Assembly: GCA_951406725.2 (NCBI GenBank)
Contig: CATOCA020000014.1
Span: 1-64,000 of the forward strand
From: Octopus vulgaris
Taxonomy: Eukaryota
DNA length: 64,000 nt
Reading direction: 5' to 3'
The translations under genes and the position numbers were made by a program. The notes under the pieces are model-generated. The model worked only from the letters and a program-made list of their open reading frames with translations, ran no database searches and had not been told where the DNA came from. This document shows, piece after piece, positions 1-19,349 of this stretch; position 1 is the stretch's first letter, and the number at the start of each line of letters is the position of its first letter.

Positions 1-479
1 AAAGTCACCCATGAAGAATACACTGTTGTGCTGTTCAAGGTTGGTGAGGACTTCTCCTATTTTTGTTAGGCAGTCTTCAAACATGCCTGAGTGTTTTGGG
101 GCGTCTGGTGGGCGATATGTAGTGCATATGACGATATTCAGTTGTCTTATGTGTACAATTTGAGTTTCACATACTGAGTTTGAATATGACAGCAGGACCT
201 GGGGCGTGAGGTCATCTCGGATGTACATTGCAACTCCACCATGGCTCCTCCCTTTTCTATCTGTGCGTATGACTGCATATTGCGGCATGTGTATTTCTGC
301 ATCACCTATATCGGGTTCAAGATGCGTTTCTGTGAGTGCATGCATATAGCTTGATTGCATGTCACAAGGTCTCTCAGGAATGAAATTTTCTTTTTACAGT
401 TTCCGCGCAGCAGCCCTCCTACATTCAGTAGAAATATTTTTGTGGTGTGTGTGTTGGTGTTGGTGTCTGTGGTGGCCAT
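1..479 (-). CDS. LINE ORF2 N-terminus, AP endonuclease domain (1-nt frameshift near 340)
   Basis: Manual translation: MATT..KIFLLNVGGL..AIC[fs]ALTETHL..RTDRKGRSHGGVAMYIRDD..TYRPPD..VFFMGDF. These are the canonical APE motifs NVxGL, TETHL, GGV, YRPP and GDF. Confidence 0.88.
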
Positions 480-1321
480 CCTGCATCTGTTGGAGGTGGC
501 CTTATGTGGTGGTAGTTCCAGCTTTGTGCTTGTAGCCAGGTCAGCTGCTGAACAATTTTTTGTGCCATGCACAAAAAAGACTGCTGTTCAGCTGCCGCCC
601 TTCTCACATCTGGGTGAAGCTGGCCACCTGTTGGGTTTCCGCGCACCACATCTGCATACCGTCTTTCAGTAGTGGTCAGTGCGCTTTTTTCCCTTCTTTT
701 AACTTTTTGTTTTTGTTCTCCCTGAGGGAGGGACCTCTGTCTCGCGTCCGTGCGGTTTTGGTAGGGCCTCCGATGTGCAAAGCGACAGTTTGCACCTTCA
801 ACGCCGTACCAGCAGTCCCCCCTCAGGTAGAATTTGCAGGTGTTTCTTTCCCTGCCCTTACAGTTTTTGCTGGGGTCCCTCTGCTTTCTCTGGACAGGGC
901 TTCCTTTAGCCTTGATTCTGTCACCCTTTACCTCCTGCTTCCCATCAATTCCAGGGTGCCTTTCCTTTCTTGCGGCCATCGCACCTCTTTGGTCTTCAGT
1001 TGTGGTGTTGGAAGCTGGACATGTGTCATCGTTTCCCTGTGTTCCAGGCTTCTCCATTTGGCTCTGGATGCTTTCCTCATCCTTTTGGCCCTCCCTGCTG
1101 CCGTCACCTCCCAGGATGATGTCCAGGGTGTCCACATGTTGCCTGATTAGAGCGTACGAACGGATAACTTCTCTCTTCTTTCGCTCTATCTGGGCGGTGG
1201 TTCTCGAAAAATTGTTGCTTTTCAGCGCCGCAGCAATAATGTCGTTCGGCGAGTCGTCCTCAGCGATCCTCCAAGCGCGGACGAACAATTGCACCTCTCT
1301 CGCAGACCAGTTTCTTGCCAT
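425..1321 (-). CDS. LINE ORF1 protein (298 aa) with an N-terminal Myb/SANT-like segment and a CCCH zinc finger
   Basis: Intact ORF directly upstream of and overlapping ORF2. CKFYLRGDCWYGVEGANCRFAH is C-x7-C-x8-C-x3-H. WSAREVQLFVRAW...RTTAQIERK resembles Myb/SANT-like helices. Confidence 0.75.
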   Translation of the reverse strand: MARNWSAREVQLFVRAWRIAEDDSPNDIIAAALKSNNFSRTTAQIERKKREVIRSYALIRQHVDTLDIILGGDGSREGQKDEESIQSQMEKPGTQGNDDTCPASNTTTEDQRGAMAARKERHPGIDGKQEVKGDRIKAKGSPVQRKQRDPSKNCKGRERNTCKFYLRGDCWYGVEGANCRFAHRRPYQNRTDARQRSLPQGEQKQKVKRREKSALTTTERRYADVVRGNPTGGQLHPDVRRAAAEQQSFLCMAQKIVQQLTWLQAQSWNYHHIRPPPTDAGWPPQTPTPTHTPQKYFY

Positions 1322-1339
1322 TTTCTTCTAGTGAAATAT

Positions 1340-2120
1340 AGGAACAGAGAGAGAGATAGAGAAGGAGAGATATGGAGAGGGAGAAGAGAAAGGAGAAAAG
1401 CCAGGGGGGGATAGAGAGAGAGACGAGGGGATTGTCCTGAGAGAAGAGAGAAAGAGAGAAAATAAGAGGGAAAAAAGAGAAAGGTGAAGAATGGCAGGTC
1501 AGCAGGGGGAGAGTGAGCGGGATAGAGGTGTAGTAGAAAGGGACAGGGTGGAAAAGTGAGACAAGAGGGTGGACCCTAGGGGGAGCAGGGAGAAGAAAGG
1601 CGGAGAGATAAAATGGAGAGGAAGAGAGAGATGAAATGGAGAGGGAGAGAGAGAGAGAGGGCAGGATAGAGGTACCAGGGAGTGAAGTAAAGGGACAGAG
1701 AGGGTGGTGTGGAGGAAGGAGACAGAGAGAGGAAAAAAGAGACAGGGGGTGGTGAGCCTTAGAGGGAACAGGGAGAGGAAAGGTAGGAAGAAAAAAGGGG
1801 GAAGAGGAAGAGAGGGGGCGCAACAGAGTGTAGTAAAGGGACAGGGAGGGTGGTGTAGAGAAAGAAATAAGGGGACAGAAGGGGAAGAGGAAAAGGGGTT
1901 TGACCTGTGAAGGAGCGGAGAGGAAAGAGGCAGAGAGAGGGAGGGGGAGTAACAGAGAGAGAGAGAGAGAAAGAGGGCGGTATATAGATACAAGAGAGAA
2001 TGAGTGAAGTTGAGGAACTGAGAGAGGGGGTGAGGTGAGAGAAAGTTGATCTGAGAGAGATGCAGAAAGAGAAACGATTGCAGAGGGAGAGAGAGGGAGG
2101 AGGGGAGAGTGAGAGCGGAA
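1340..2120. repeat. GA-rich low-complexity tract (polypyrimidine on the LINE sense strand)
   Basis: Visible purine-rich stretches and (GA)n runs. Confidence 0.9.
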
Positions 2121-2161
2121 ATAGAGGGTCTGGTGGATGGGGAGACAGATAAGGTATAAAC

Positions 2162-2470
2162 TGTATGAGAGAGATAGAAATAGAAATGTAAGAAAGAGAG
2201 GGAGAGATTATAAAGATAGAATAGCGCGTATTTTTATATCTTTTTAATTATTATTTTCTGTTTGAAAGAACACTAATGATAACAAATAATAAAAATGTAT
2301 GAGAGAGATAGAAATAGAAATGTAAAAAAGAGAAAGAGAGAGTGCGTGGCAGGCACGAAATTATAAAGATTATAAAGATAGAATACCGCGTATTTTTATA
2401 TTTTTATATCTTTTTTGTTTTTTTAATTATTTTCTGTTTGAAAGAACACTAATGATAACAAGATAAATAA
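2162..2470. repeat. Imperfect tandem duplication, about 130-170 bp x2
   Basis: gagagagatagaaatagaaatgtaa...ttataaagatagaata...ttttctgtttgaaagaacactaatgataaca occurs twice. Confidence 0.85.
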
Positions 2471-2986
2471 TATCTTACCTTACCGGCTGACAGAGAGTAC
2501 TTACGTGATTCCTTTTTATAAGAAAGGAAGATAGATAGACAAGACAGACCTTTTATATTCCTCCCCAAGCGCACTTTGTAAATAAAAGGGGTTTGAGTTT
2601 CGATTTAGCACATGCAACAGTTTCACGATACTTTCTATATTTTCCTAAGCGATTTGGTATTAAGCAGCAAATTTTTCAGAGGCTTTTTTCAGGACACGCA
2701 GATATACATCAAAAACGAAAATATCCTGTGTCTTGTTGATTCACAGACGAAGAATAAAATTCACTTCGATTTCGGGAAGTAACACACGTGCGTTTTAACA
2801 CGCGAGTATGTTCTAGTTGCAAATACTACATCAAAAGCGAAAATATTCTTCTCAAATACAGTGACTTGTTGTACTAACACTTATATTCGCTTTGCAGACA
2901 ATTTCGCTTCTGATAACATCGATCTCTGGAAGGACTTCTTTAATATTTAGGAGAGACACGTTAACACACTTGTTGTTAGTTCAGCG

Positions 2987-9450
<6,464 letters not shown>

Positions 9451-12400
9451 TCTCCTTACCCCAACCTTCCCCACTGGTTGCTCCCCTACCCGCCTCAACT
9501 GGACCTCCCCAACTCAACTCTAGAATATCTGTATTTCTTTCCTCTACCTAATTACGTTACTCAGAGACGATAACAAATGTCCACTGCTAACACCAGCTCC
9601 TGCCCACGGCGTGGTCAGGTTGGAAGAGAGATCAAAAGAAAAATACCACGAAAACTATCACCACCACTACAACCCTCCTCTTCTCAGGCGCCGAATCCCC
9701 CCTGTCCCCCCCACATCTCCTTCCCAGTTTTCAGAGTTGGCACTATCAATGTTGGTACATTGACAGGCAAGTCTAGTGAGATTGTAGAGATGCTAGAGAG
9801 AAGACAGGTTGATGTATGCTGTATACAAGAGGTAAGATGGAGAGATGCTTCGGCTAGGGTCCTCACGGGCAAGGCACTTAGATACAAACTCTACTGGCAA
9901 GGTAACGCGGAAGGTGTAGGGGGTGTAGGCATTCTCCTTGCGGAGGAATGGGTGGATAAGGTCATAGAGGTTGTCAGGGTTTGTGATAGAGTGCTTAAGC
10001 TCAGGTTGGTCCTACAGAGTGGCACAGCTATGATTATCTCAGCCTATGCCCCACAAGCGGGACTACCAAATGATCAGAAGGACAACTTTTATGATACCCT
10101 TCTGCAGGCTACTTCAAAGACTAGTAACAAGGACCTAATCTTTGTAGGTGGAGATTTTAACGGGCATGTTGGGCGGGAATCGGGTATCTTCACTGGGGTA
10201 CATGGTGGATATGGTATTGGCACCAGAAACGATGAGGGAACTAGACTACTGGAATTCTGTGATGCATGTAACCTTTCAATCTGCAACACTAACTTCAAGA
10301 AGCCAGTCTGCCACCTTATAACTTATCAGTCAGGAGACTCAGCTAGCCAAATAGACTTCATCCTCACCAGACAACGGGATGCAGGGTTGCTCTTGAATAC
10401 AAAGACCCTTCCGGGTGAAGAATGTATCCCTCAGCATAGACTAATCATCAGTGACTTTAAGCTTGAGGCCAGAAGGACTCCAAGAAACAAACCAATCCAG
10501 AAAAGAAGGATTTGGAGGCTAAAGAACCCTTCGCATGGTCAGAAATTTAGGGACATACTCATCAAGAAATTTGATGAGAGGGAAGAGGAGCTTCAGACGT
10601 CAGACATAGAAGGTAGCTGGGAATTCCTACGGGACAGCTTGTTGAGTGCCACAGACCAAGTTTGTGGATGGTGCAAAGTCCCTTCCAGACCTAGAATTAC
10701 GTGGTGGTGGAATAGTGCAGTAGATAAAGCCATCTGTGAAAAGAGACGGGCCTGGAAAGCCTGGAAGGAGGGGGCAGCAGGGAACTGTACCAGATAGCCA
10801 AAAGGGAGGCTGGGCGGCAGGTATACATTGCCAAAGATGTAGCAGAAAAGAAGAAGTTTGCCAATGTCCAGCGTCGCGAGGATCAAAGAGCTGAAGTATT
10901 TCGGATTGCCAGACAGTGTGTCAGAGAAAATAGCGATGTTATAGGAGAGAAATGTGTCCGCATGGATGATGGGGCACTTGCTTTTACTACTAGTGAAAAG
11001 AAAGAGGCTTGGAGAAGCCATTATGAAAGACTGCTAAATGAGGAGAATGAATGGGAGGAGGAGAGCCTGCCAAATGTTGACCCAGTAGAGGGACCAGCTA
11101 CCCGAATAGACAGCTCCCTTGTAGATAAGGCAATTAAGGATATGAAACCAGGCAAAGCCCCTGGCCTATCAGGAATCACTGCTGAGATGCTTAAAACAGC
11201 TGGCTATGTGGGCCATGCCATAGTCACCCGCATTGTAAACCAGGTAGTTCACAATGGAGCCATACCCAATGACTGGTGCAGCAGTACCATAGTCAACTGC
11301 TACAAGGGTAAGGGTGATGCTCTAGATAGAAATAACTACAGAGGTATCAAACTGTTGGACCAGGTGATGAAGGTCTCAGAGAAGGTCATAACCAATCTCA
11401 TTAGGAGAGAATTTGTTTAGATGAAATGCAGTTCGGTTTTGTACCAGGTAGAAGCACCACTGATGCTATATTCCTGGTCCGACAACTGCAGGAGAAGTAC
11501 CTAGCTAAAGATAAACCCCTCTACATAGCTTTTGTAGACTTGGAGAAAGCCTTTGACAGGGTTCCCCGTTCCCTTATCTGGTGGTCGATGCGGAAACTGG
11601 AGATTGAAGAATGGCTAATAAGGGCTGTACAGGCTCTATACAGAGAGGCTGTTAGCAAGGTTAGGATTGGCAACGAATATAGTGAAGAATTCCGAGTAGA
11701 AGTAGGTGTGCACCAGGGCTCAGCCCTCAGTCCCCTTTTGTTCATCATAGTACTTCAAGCAATAACAGAGGAATTCAAAACGGGATGCCCCTGGGAGCTC
11801 CTCTATGCCGATGACCTAGCTCTCATAGCAGAATCACTACCGGAACTAGAAGAGAAATTTCGGGTATGGAAGCAAGGGTTGGAATCAAAGGGCCTTAGAA
11901 TAAATGTAGCAAAGACCAAAGTATTAGTAAGCAGCAAGAGGTACTCAACACACATCCCCTCGGGTAGGTGGCCCTGCTCAACCTGTAGGAAAGGTACAGG
12001 TAGAAACTCCATAAGATGCACCCAATGTAAGTTATGGACACATAAGAGGTGCAGCAACATTAAAGGGAAATTAACAGATAAGATAGCTTTCATGTGCGGC
12101 AGATGCACAGGGACAATAGACACAACAGACACTCAGAAAACAGATTCCATCACACTCCAGGGAGAGAAACTAGAAGTAGTTGATAGTTTCCGCTACCTGG
12201 GAGACCAAGTTAGTAGCGGAGGTGGATGCACAGAGAGTATCACCACTAGAATACGAATAGCCTGGGCAAAGTTCAGAAAGCTCCTACCCCTACTGGCAAC
12301 AAAAGGCCTCTCCCTCAGAGCAAAAGGTAGATTATATGATGCATGTGTGCGAACTGCCATGCTTCACGGTAATGAAACATGGGCTGTGACTGCAGAAGAC

Positions 12401-13146
12401 ATGCGTAGACTTGAAAGAAATGAAGCTAGCATGATCCGCTGGATGTGTAGTGTCAGTGTGCACGCAAAACAGAGTGTAAGTATCCTGAGAGAAATGCTGG
12501 ATATAAGAAGCATCAGATGTGGTGTGCAAGAGCGACGCTTGCGATGGTATGGTCATGTGCTGCGGATGGATGAAGAGAGATGTGTGAAGAAGTGCCACTC
12601 CCAAACAGTTGAAGGTATCAGGGGGAGAGGTAGACCCAGGAAGACATGGGATGAGGTGGTCAAGCATGACCTCAGAGCATTGGGCCTCACTGATGCAATG
12701 GCGAAGGACCGAGATCTCTGGAGATATGCTGTGACTACAAAGACCCGGGCTGCTTTCTGCAGCAATTCCACATACCCCCTACCCATTCTAAGTACCCCCC
12801 TACCCATTCTAAGTACCCCGGATCCCCAAAGTACCCTGGATCCCCAAAATACCCCAATCCCCAAAGTACCCCGGACCTCGTTGCCCCCGTGCCGCTGACA
12901 CGTTAAAATGCTCGAATCCGATCGTGACGATGCCGGACCCTCCGGCCCCTGTGCAGGTGGCACGTAAAAGCACCCAATCCACTCACGGAGTGGTTGGCGT
13001 TAGGAAGGGCATCCAGCCGTAGAAACTCTGCCAGATTCAGACTGGAGCCTGGAGCGGCCCCTGGCTTCCCAGACCCGGTCAAACCGTCCAACCCGTGCTA
13101 GCGCGGAAAGCGGACGTTAAACGATGATGATGATGATGATGATGAT
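9451..13146 (+). mobile_element. Full-length RTE-clade LINE (about 3.7 kb) with short 5' UTR, single ORF and (GAT)n tail
   Basis: APE and RT domains in one ORF. (GAT)n tail at 13123-13146. Probable TSD atatacgtatatatatat at 9434-9451 and 13145-13162. Confidence 0.95.
9577..12898 (+). CDS. RTE polyprotein: AP endonuclease, reverse transcriptase and embedded PHD finger (two 1-nt frameshifts near 10772 and 11404)
   Basis: APE motifs GTINVGTL, CIQEVRW, SAYAPQ, GGDFNGHVG, SQIDFIL and QHRL. RT motifs KAPG, NYRGIKLL, QFGF, FVDLEKAFDRV, GVHQGSALSPLLF, YADDL and FRYLG. RTE C-terminal motifs RLRWYGHV and RGRPRKTW. Confidence 0.93.
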
Positions 13147-15165
<2,019 letters not shown>

Positions 15166-15582
15166 TAGACAAAGAAAAGTGAAGTTGCTTACTGATCAAC
15201 CCATCATGCCCACTTGATTCCAGGATTGTAAAGAAAAAGGATGAGATACAAAAAAACATACAATCCCTTAAAATTTGAAATAGGAAGAATTTGGAGCATA
15301 AGAACGGTAAAGGTGGTGCCTATAATAATTGGTGCATTGGGAAGAGTAAGCAAAGATATAGACATATGGCTAAAGGAGATTGAAATAGAATGCTCAGTGG
15401 AGCCCCTACAGAAAGTTTATCTCTTAAGGGCAGCAAGGATTATCAGGAGGGTTCTAAGCACTTGAAAAATAGCTAGAAACTTGTGGATACCTAAGGTTAC
15501 ACAGAGTAATCCGCTACCCACATAAATCCTACCTGGAATAAAACCGAACTGGATCCAAACCAAAATAATAATGATGATGATA
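15166..15582 (+). mobile_element. 3' end of an R4/Dong-like LINE (restriction-like endonuclease C-terminus, 3' UTR, TAA/TGA tail)
   Basis: [43 protein letters not shown] followed by the tail aataataatgatgatgataa. Confidence 0.8.
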
Positions 15583-16970
15583 AGAATGAAAGACAAAAGC
15601 AAGGGCAATATAGCTAGTAATTATAGACCAATCACTTGCTTACCATTAGACTGGAAGCCATTAACAGGAATACTCTCAGAAAGCATTTATGAGCACCTTA
15701 ACAACCAGAATTTGCAGCCAGAAGAATAGAAAGTTTAAAAGCAGGCTAGAGGAATTAATGGCCAAAACTTTAACAATGGCAAGAATAGGTAAGAAAGCCT
15801 ATAACATGATTGCACACTCATGGATAAGTGAATGTTTGAGTATATTCAGTATTGCAGACAACACAAGAAAATTGATTAGTTACAGCATGAAGATATCTAC
15901 TCAGGTAACACAGCCTTAGTGAAAGTTAATATCAAGAGAGGAATTTTCTAAGGAGACTGGTTATCCCTTTTGATATATGTGCTATGCTTAATCCTCCTCA
16001 GTTTACTATTAAGAAAGGCAAATGCAGAGTATTGGTTTTAAGATAGTAAAGGGAAAATTAACCATTTGCTCTTCATGGATGATCTGAAGCTTTTTAAGTA
16101 AGAATAAAAAAAAGAGATAGATTACTTTATACAAACTGTAAGAATCTTCAGCAAAGATATAGGTATGGAAGTTGGCATAGATAAGTGTGCAATATTTGTC
16201 ATAAAATGGGGCAGGTAGTCAGCAGTGAAGGCATCCAATTATCTGACAAAGTACTAACTGCAGAAATGAAAATGAAATTGAGAAGGAGTCTATCAGAAGG
16301 ATGAAGAAGCTAATGAAGTCAAAACCAAATGGTCTGAATCTAGTGAATGCTGTAGATTGGACAAAATCTGAATTAGCAAATCCAAACAGAAGAACTAGGA
16401 AGGAGTTCAATATGAATGGAAGACTTCAGCCAAGAGTAGGAGTAACAGGATTATACTTATCTAGAAAAGAAGGCGGAAGAGGGTTAATGTCATCAGAAGA
16501 TTTCATTGAGTTAGCTAGAGTAGATATAGCTTCTTATGTAGGTAATAGTGAAGAAAGTTTATTCAGAGCTGCTAGAGTAACAGAAGGACATGGGGAAACC
16601 GAAAAGCCAAATCAGTAAATTATTTGACTCGCAAAAGAAGGCTTTGCATGGCAGATTCTCAAAGATAGTTGCAAGAAATAGTAATAATGAAACAGGTTGT
16701 GGTTGCAGACAGAGGGCTGAAAAGGGAGACAGAAACTTTGTTAGCAGCAGCACAAGATCAAGCATTGAGAACTAAATGGATAAAAACCAGGTAGATTCCC
16801 AATGTAGGTTATGTAAATCAAAAGAGAAAAGTGTTAGTTATATAGTAATTGAATGTAGCAAGCTGGCACAGAAAGAATATAAAGACACAAAAGCTAGGGA
16901 TTTGACCATACTGATAAATGATATGAACATGAACCCAGTAAAATGCTACAAAAGTAAGAAGACATAAGAT
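15583..16970 (+). mobile_element. Degenerate internal fragment of an R4/Dong-like LINE (RT to CCHC finger)
   Basis: SNYRPITCLP, RGIF*GD.LS, NHLLFMDDLKL, LYLSRKEGGRGL and CRLC...IECSKLAQKEYK, with many stops and frameshifts. Confidence 0.82.
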
Positions 16971-17744
16971 AAAATTTTTAAGATAAAGTTTTAGAAAGGA
17001 TTGCGATGATTAATGACATGCAGTGCTGGAGAAAACTGAACTAGCAACGCAAGCATGGTGTGGCAAATGATAAATTGATATTAGGGGTGGAAATTGGGAG
17101 GTATATTTCTACATTTGAGCTTATAACTAAATATAACTCTGTTAAACCAACATCTGCTCTTTGATACTCACCTCTGAGATACCTCTACATCTCTTGATCA
17201 CTAATTCTCTAACACTAAGTCTTTCTCCTAACCACTGTACCATCAGTTTTCCCCCATCACATTTTCACCAACACCCTCAACAATGCATGTCTTCCATTAT
17301 TCTCTCCTCTATATCCTTTACACTCCAATTACTTGTTTCCCATCATCCATATTCTTGCTCTCCATCTTGTCATCTCTTCAACCTCTTGGCTATGTTACCT
17401 TTAATAGACATCCTAGCGTAATGATGGCTTTAATTGTGTGAAGAAGGACATCAAGTGTGCTGGTTTCACAATAAAATGCAACCAGTACACCCTGTAAAGT
17501 GAATAGTGAATGAGTAGAGATAATGTGAAGTTGACAGGACTCTTTAGTTTGTCAGAAATCAGGACAGCCTCTCTATGTTGCTACCTTGATAATATGCACT
17601 TTGCACACACTGTACAGTAGGTGGTGTTATGAAGGGTATTCAGCTGTTAAGACCAAGCCAAAATGGAATGTTTTCTGCAAAACCTGATCCTATAACTTGT
17701 CTGAAGAGCAGTAACTTTAAATAACTCAGATTGTGAGGATCCAT

Positions 17745-17995
17745 CCAACCCACAATAGCATGGAAATCATCATCATCATCATTTTAACATCCACTTTTTT
17801 ATGCTTGCATGGGTTGGACAGAATTTGTTAAGGTGGATTTTCCATGGTTGGATGCTCTTCTTGTTGCCAACTCACACTTGTTTCCAAGTGAGGTGATATT
17901 CCCCATGACCAGACATATTTTCATGGAAGATTGGAAATGAAGGACACTATTTTCATGAGTGTAATACTTGTTTACAGCTACCATGTGATGTCATG
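17745..17995. mobile_element. Two RTE-tail/SINE 3' ends joined tail-to-tail in opposite orientation
   Basis: Plus-strand catccaaccc..agcatggaaa is followed by (cat)n ttaacatccac..gcatgggttgga on the minus strand. Both match the 3' end of the full-length RTE. Confidence 0.65.
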
Positions 17996-18563
17996 GCAAG
18001 GAGTTTATAAATTTGGTATTTGAAGTAATTAGGGGTTGCATATGACAATTTCACTGTATGCTAAAAATCTTGTGGTATTTATAAACTCAATATTACAAAG
18101 ATAAACCAGGAGATTACTAACACCATTAATAGGGGTAAAAATTAAAATAATCCTTCAACTAAGGACTGCAACAGTAAAGAAATAATGATATTGGCAATGG
18201 CAAAAACAATATGAATAATAATCAAAATGCTGAAAATCCCAATGATAATAGTACTGGAAAGAGCAACAATGAATATCTAGAGAATGAATAACCTGAGATA
18301 AAAGTAGGTGAAATTAGGAATAGAAGAAAGATTGGTGAAATTGGGGTGATTCAATAATGAAAGTGAAATCAAAACACATTATAAAATTTGTTTCAAGTGG
18401 GACTTTAGGTTTAGCTTCATCATTTGAAACTTAGCATCTGACTTAAATTTATAACAAATTTTATTCTACTTTTAGTAATTGAGTCTCCCCATCAAATATG
18501 TTATTATTATTCTTAAAATGACTATAAAATAACACCTTAAAAAAACATTTGTATATGTGTATA

Positions 18564-19110
18564 TCATCATCATTTAACATCCGTTTTCCATGCTGGCATG
18601 GGTTGGATGGTTTGACAGGAGCTGGCAAGCCCAGATGCTGCACCAGTTTCCACAGCTTATTTTGGCTTAACATCTAGTCAGATGTCCTTCCTAAGGCTAA
18701 TCACTTTACAGAAGGAACTGGGTGCTTTTTACATGGCACCATCACCAGTGCTTTTTATGTGGCACCAGCCTGAGAATTTTATGTGGCACCAGCACCAGTG
18801 CTCTTCATAGGCAAGCATTATCAAGGTAGTTTTAAGATGCTAATTCTGTTGTGATGAGTGGGTTGCCTTGACTACAGCAATGCATCATATATCTTGGTTC
18901 TTTGTCATCTCCTTTGTAAGGGTCAACATTCTGAGATCAGCCTTCAATGATTCATGTCATATACTCCTGGGTCTTCTTCGTTTATCTTCGTGATCATCAC
19001 TCCTTTACGCAAAAGTCCTTATCCATACACACTACATTACCAAACAAGCTGTCTGCTCTTTTGCACACTGCATCTAATTTCTCTTATGCTTAACTTTTTT
19101 CTCATGCACT
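18564..19110 (-). mobile_element. Degenerate RTE 3' end / RTE-tailed SINE
   Basis: (cat)n ttaacatccgttttccatgctggcatgggttggatggtttgac is the reverse complement of the RTE 3' terminus, followed by degraded ORF-end similarity. Confidence 0.7.
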
Positions 19111-19349
19111 AGTGCTGTGTCACACAAGTGTGAGAGAACATATGAAAAAATGTAGTACTCAACGTGTTGCAGGAGTTACATGCATTCATAATAACAGTTT
19201 GCTTTTAGCATTTGATAAGATGGACATGTCCTACATATCCACAAAACATTAAATCATGTGGAGCTGAGTCATAGATTTCAATTTACTCCCAAGAATGATC
19301 TAAAATCAATTTCATCCTACCCCCTTATGGCTTCAGGTTATTTAGGTTT

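Larger units (their letters stand above)
1..2986 (-). mobile_element. 5' portion of a CR1/L2-group (APE-type) LINE: long 5' leader, ORF1 and start of ORF2; continues off the left edge
   Basis: ORF1 overlaps an ORF2 that carries APE endonuclease motifs. Unique sequence runs up to the (TA)n tract at 2987; the 5' boundary is inferred. Confidence 0.75.

Noticed and set aside
560-1993. Overlapping plus-strand ORFs and Ser/Leu/Pro-rich minus-strand ORFs
   Set aside because: Antisense shadows of LINE ORF1 or read-through of GA/CT low-complexity DNA, with no domain signal.
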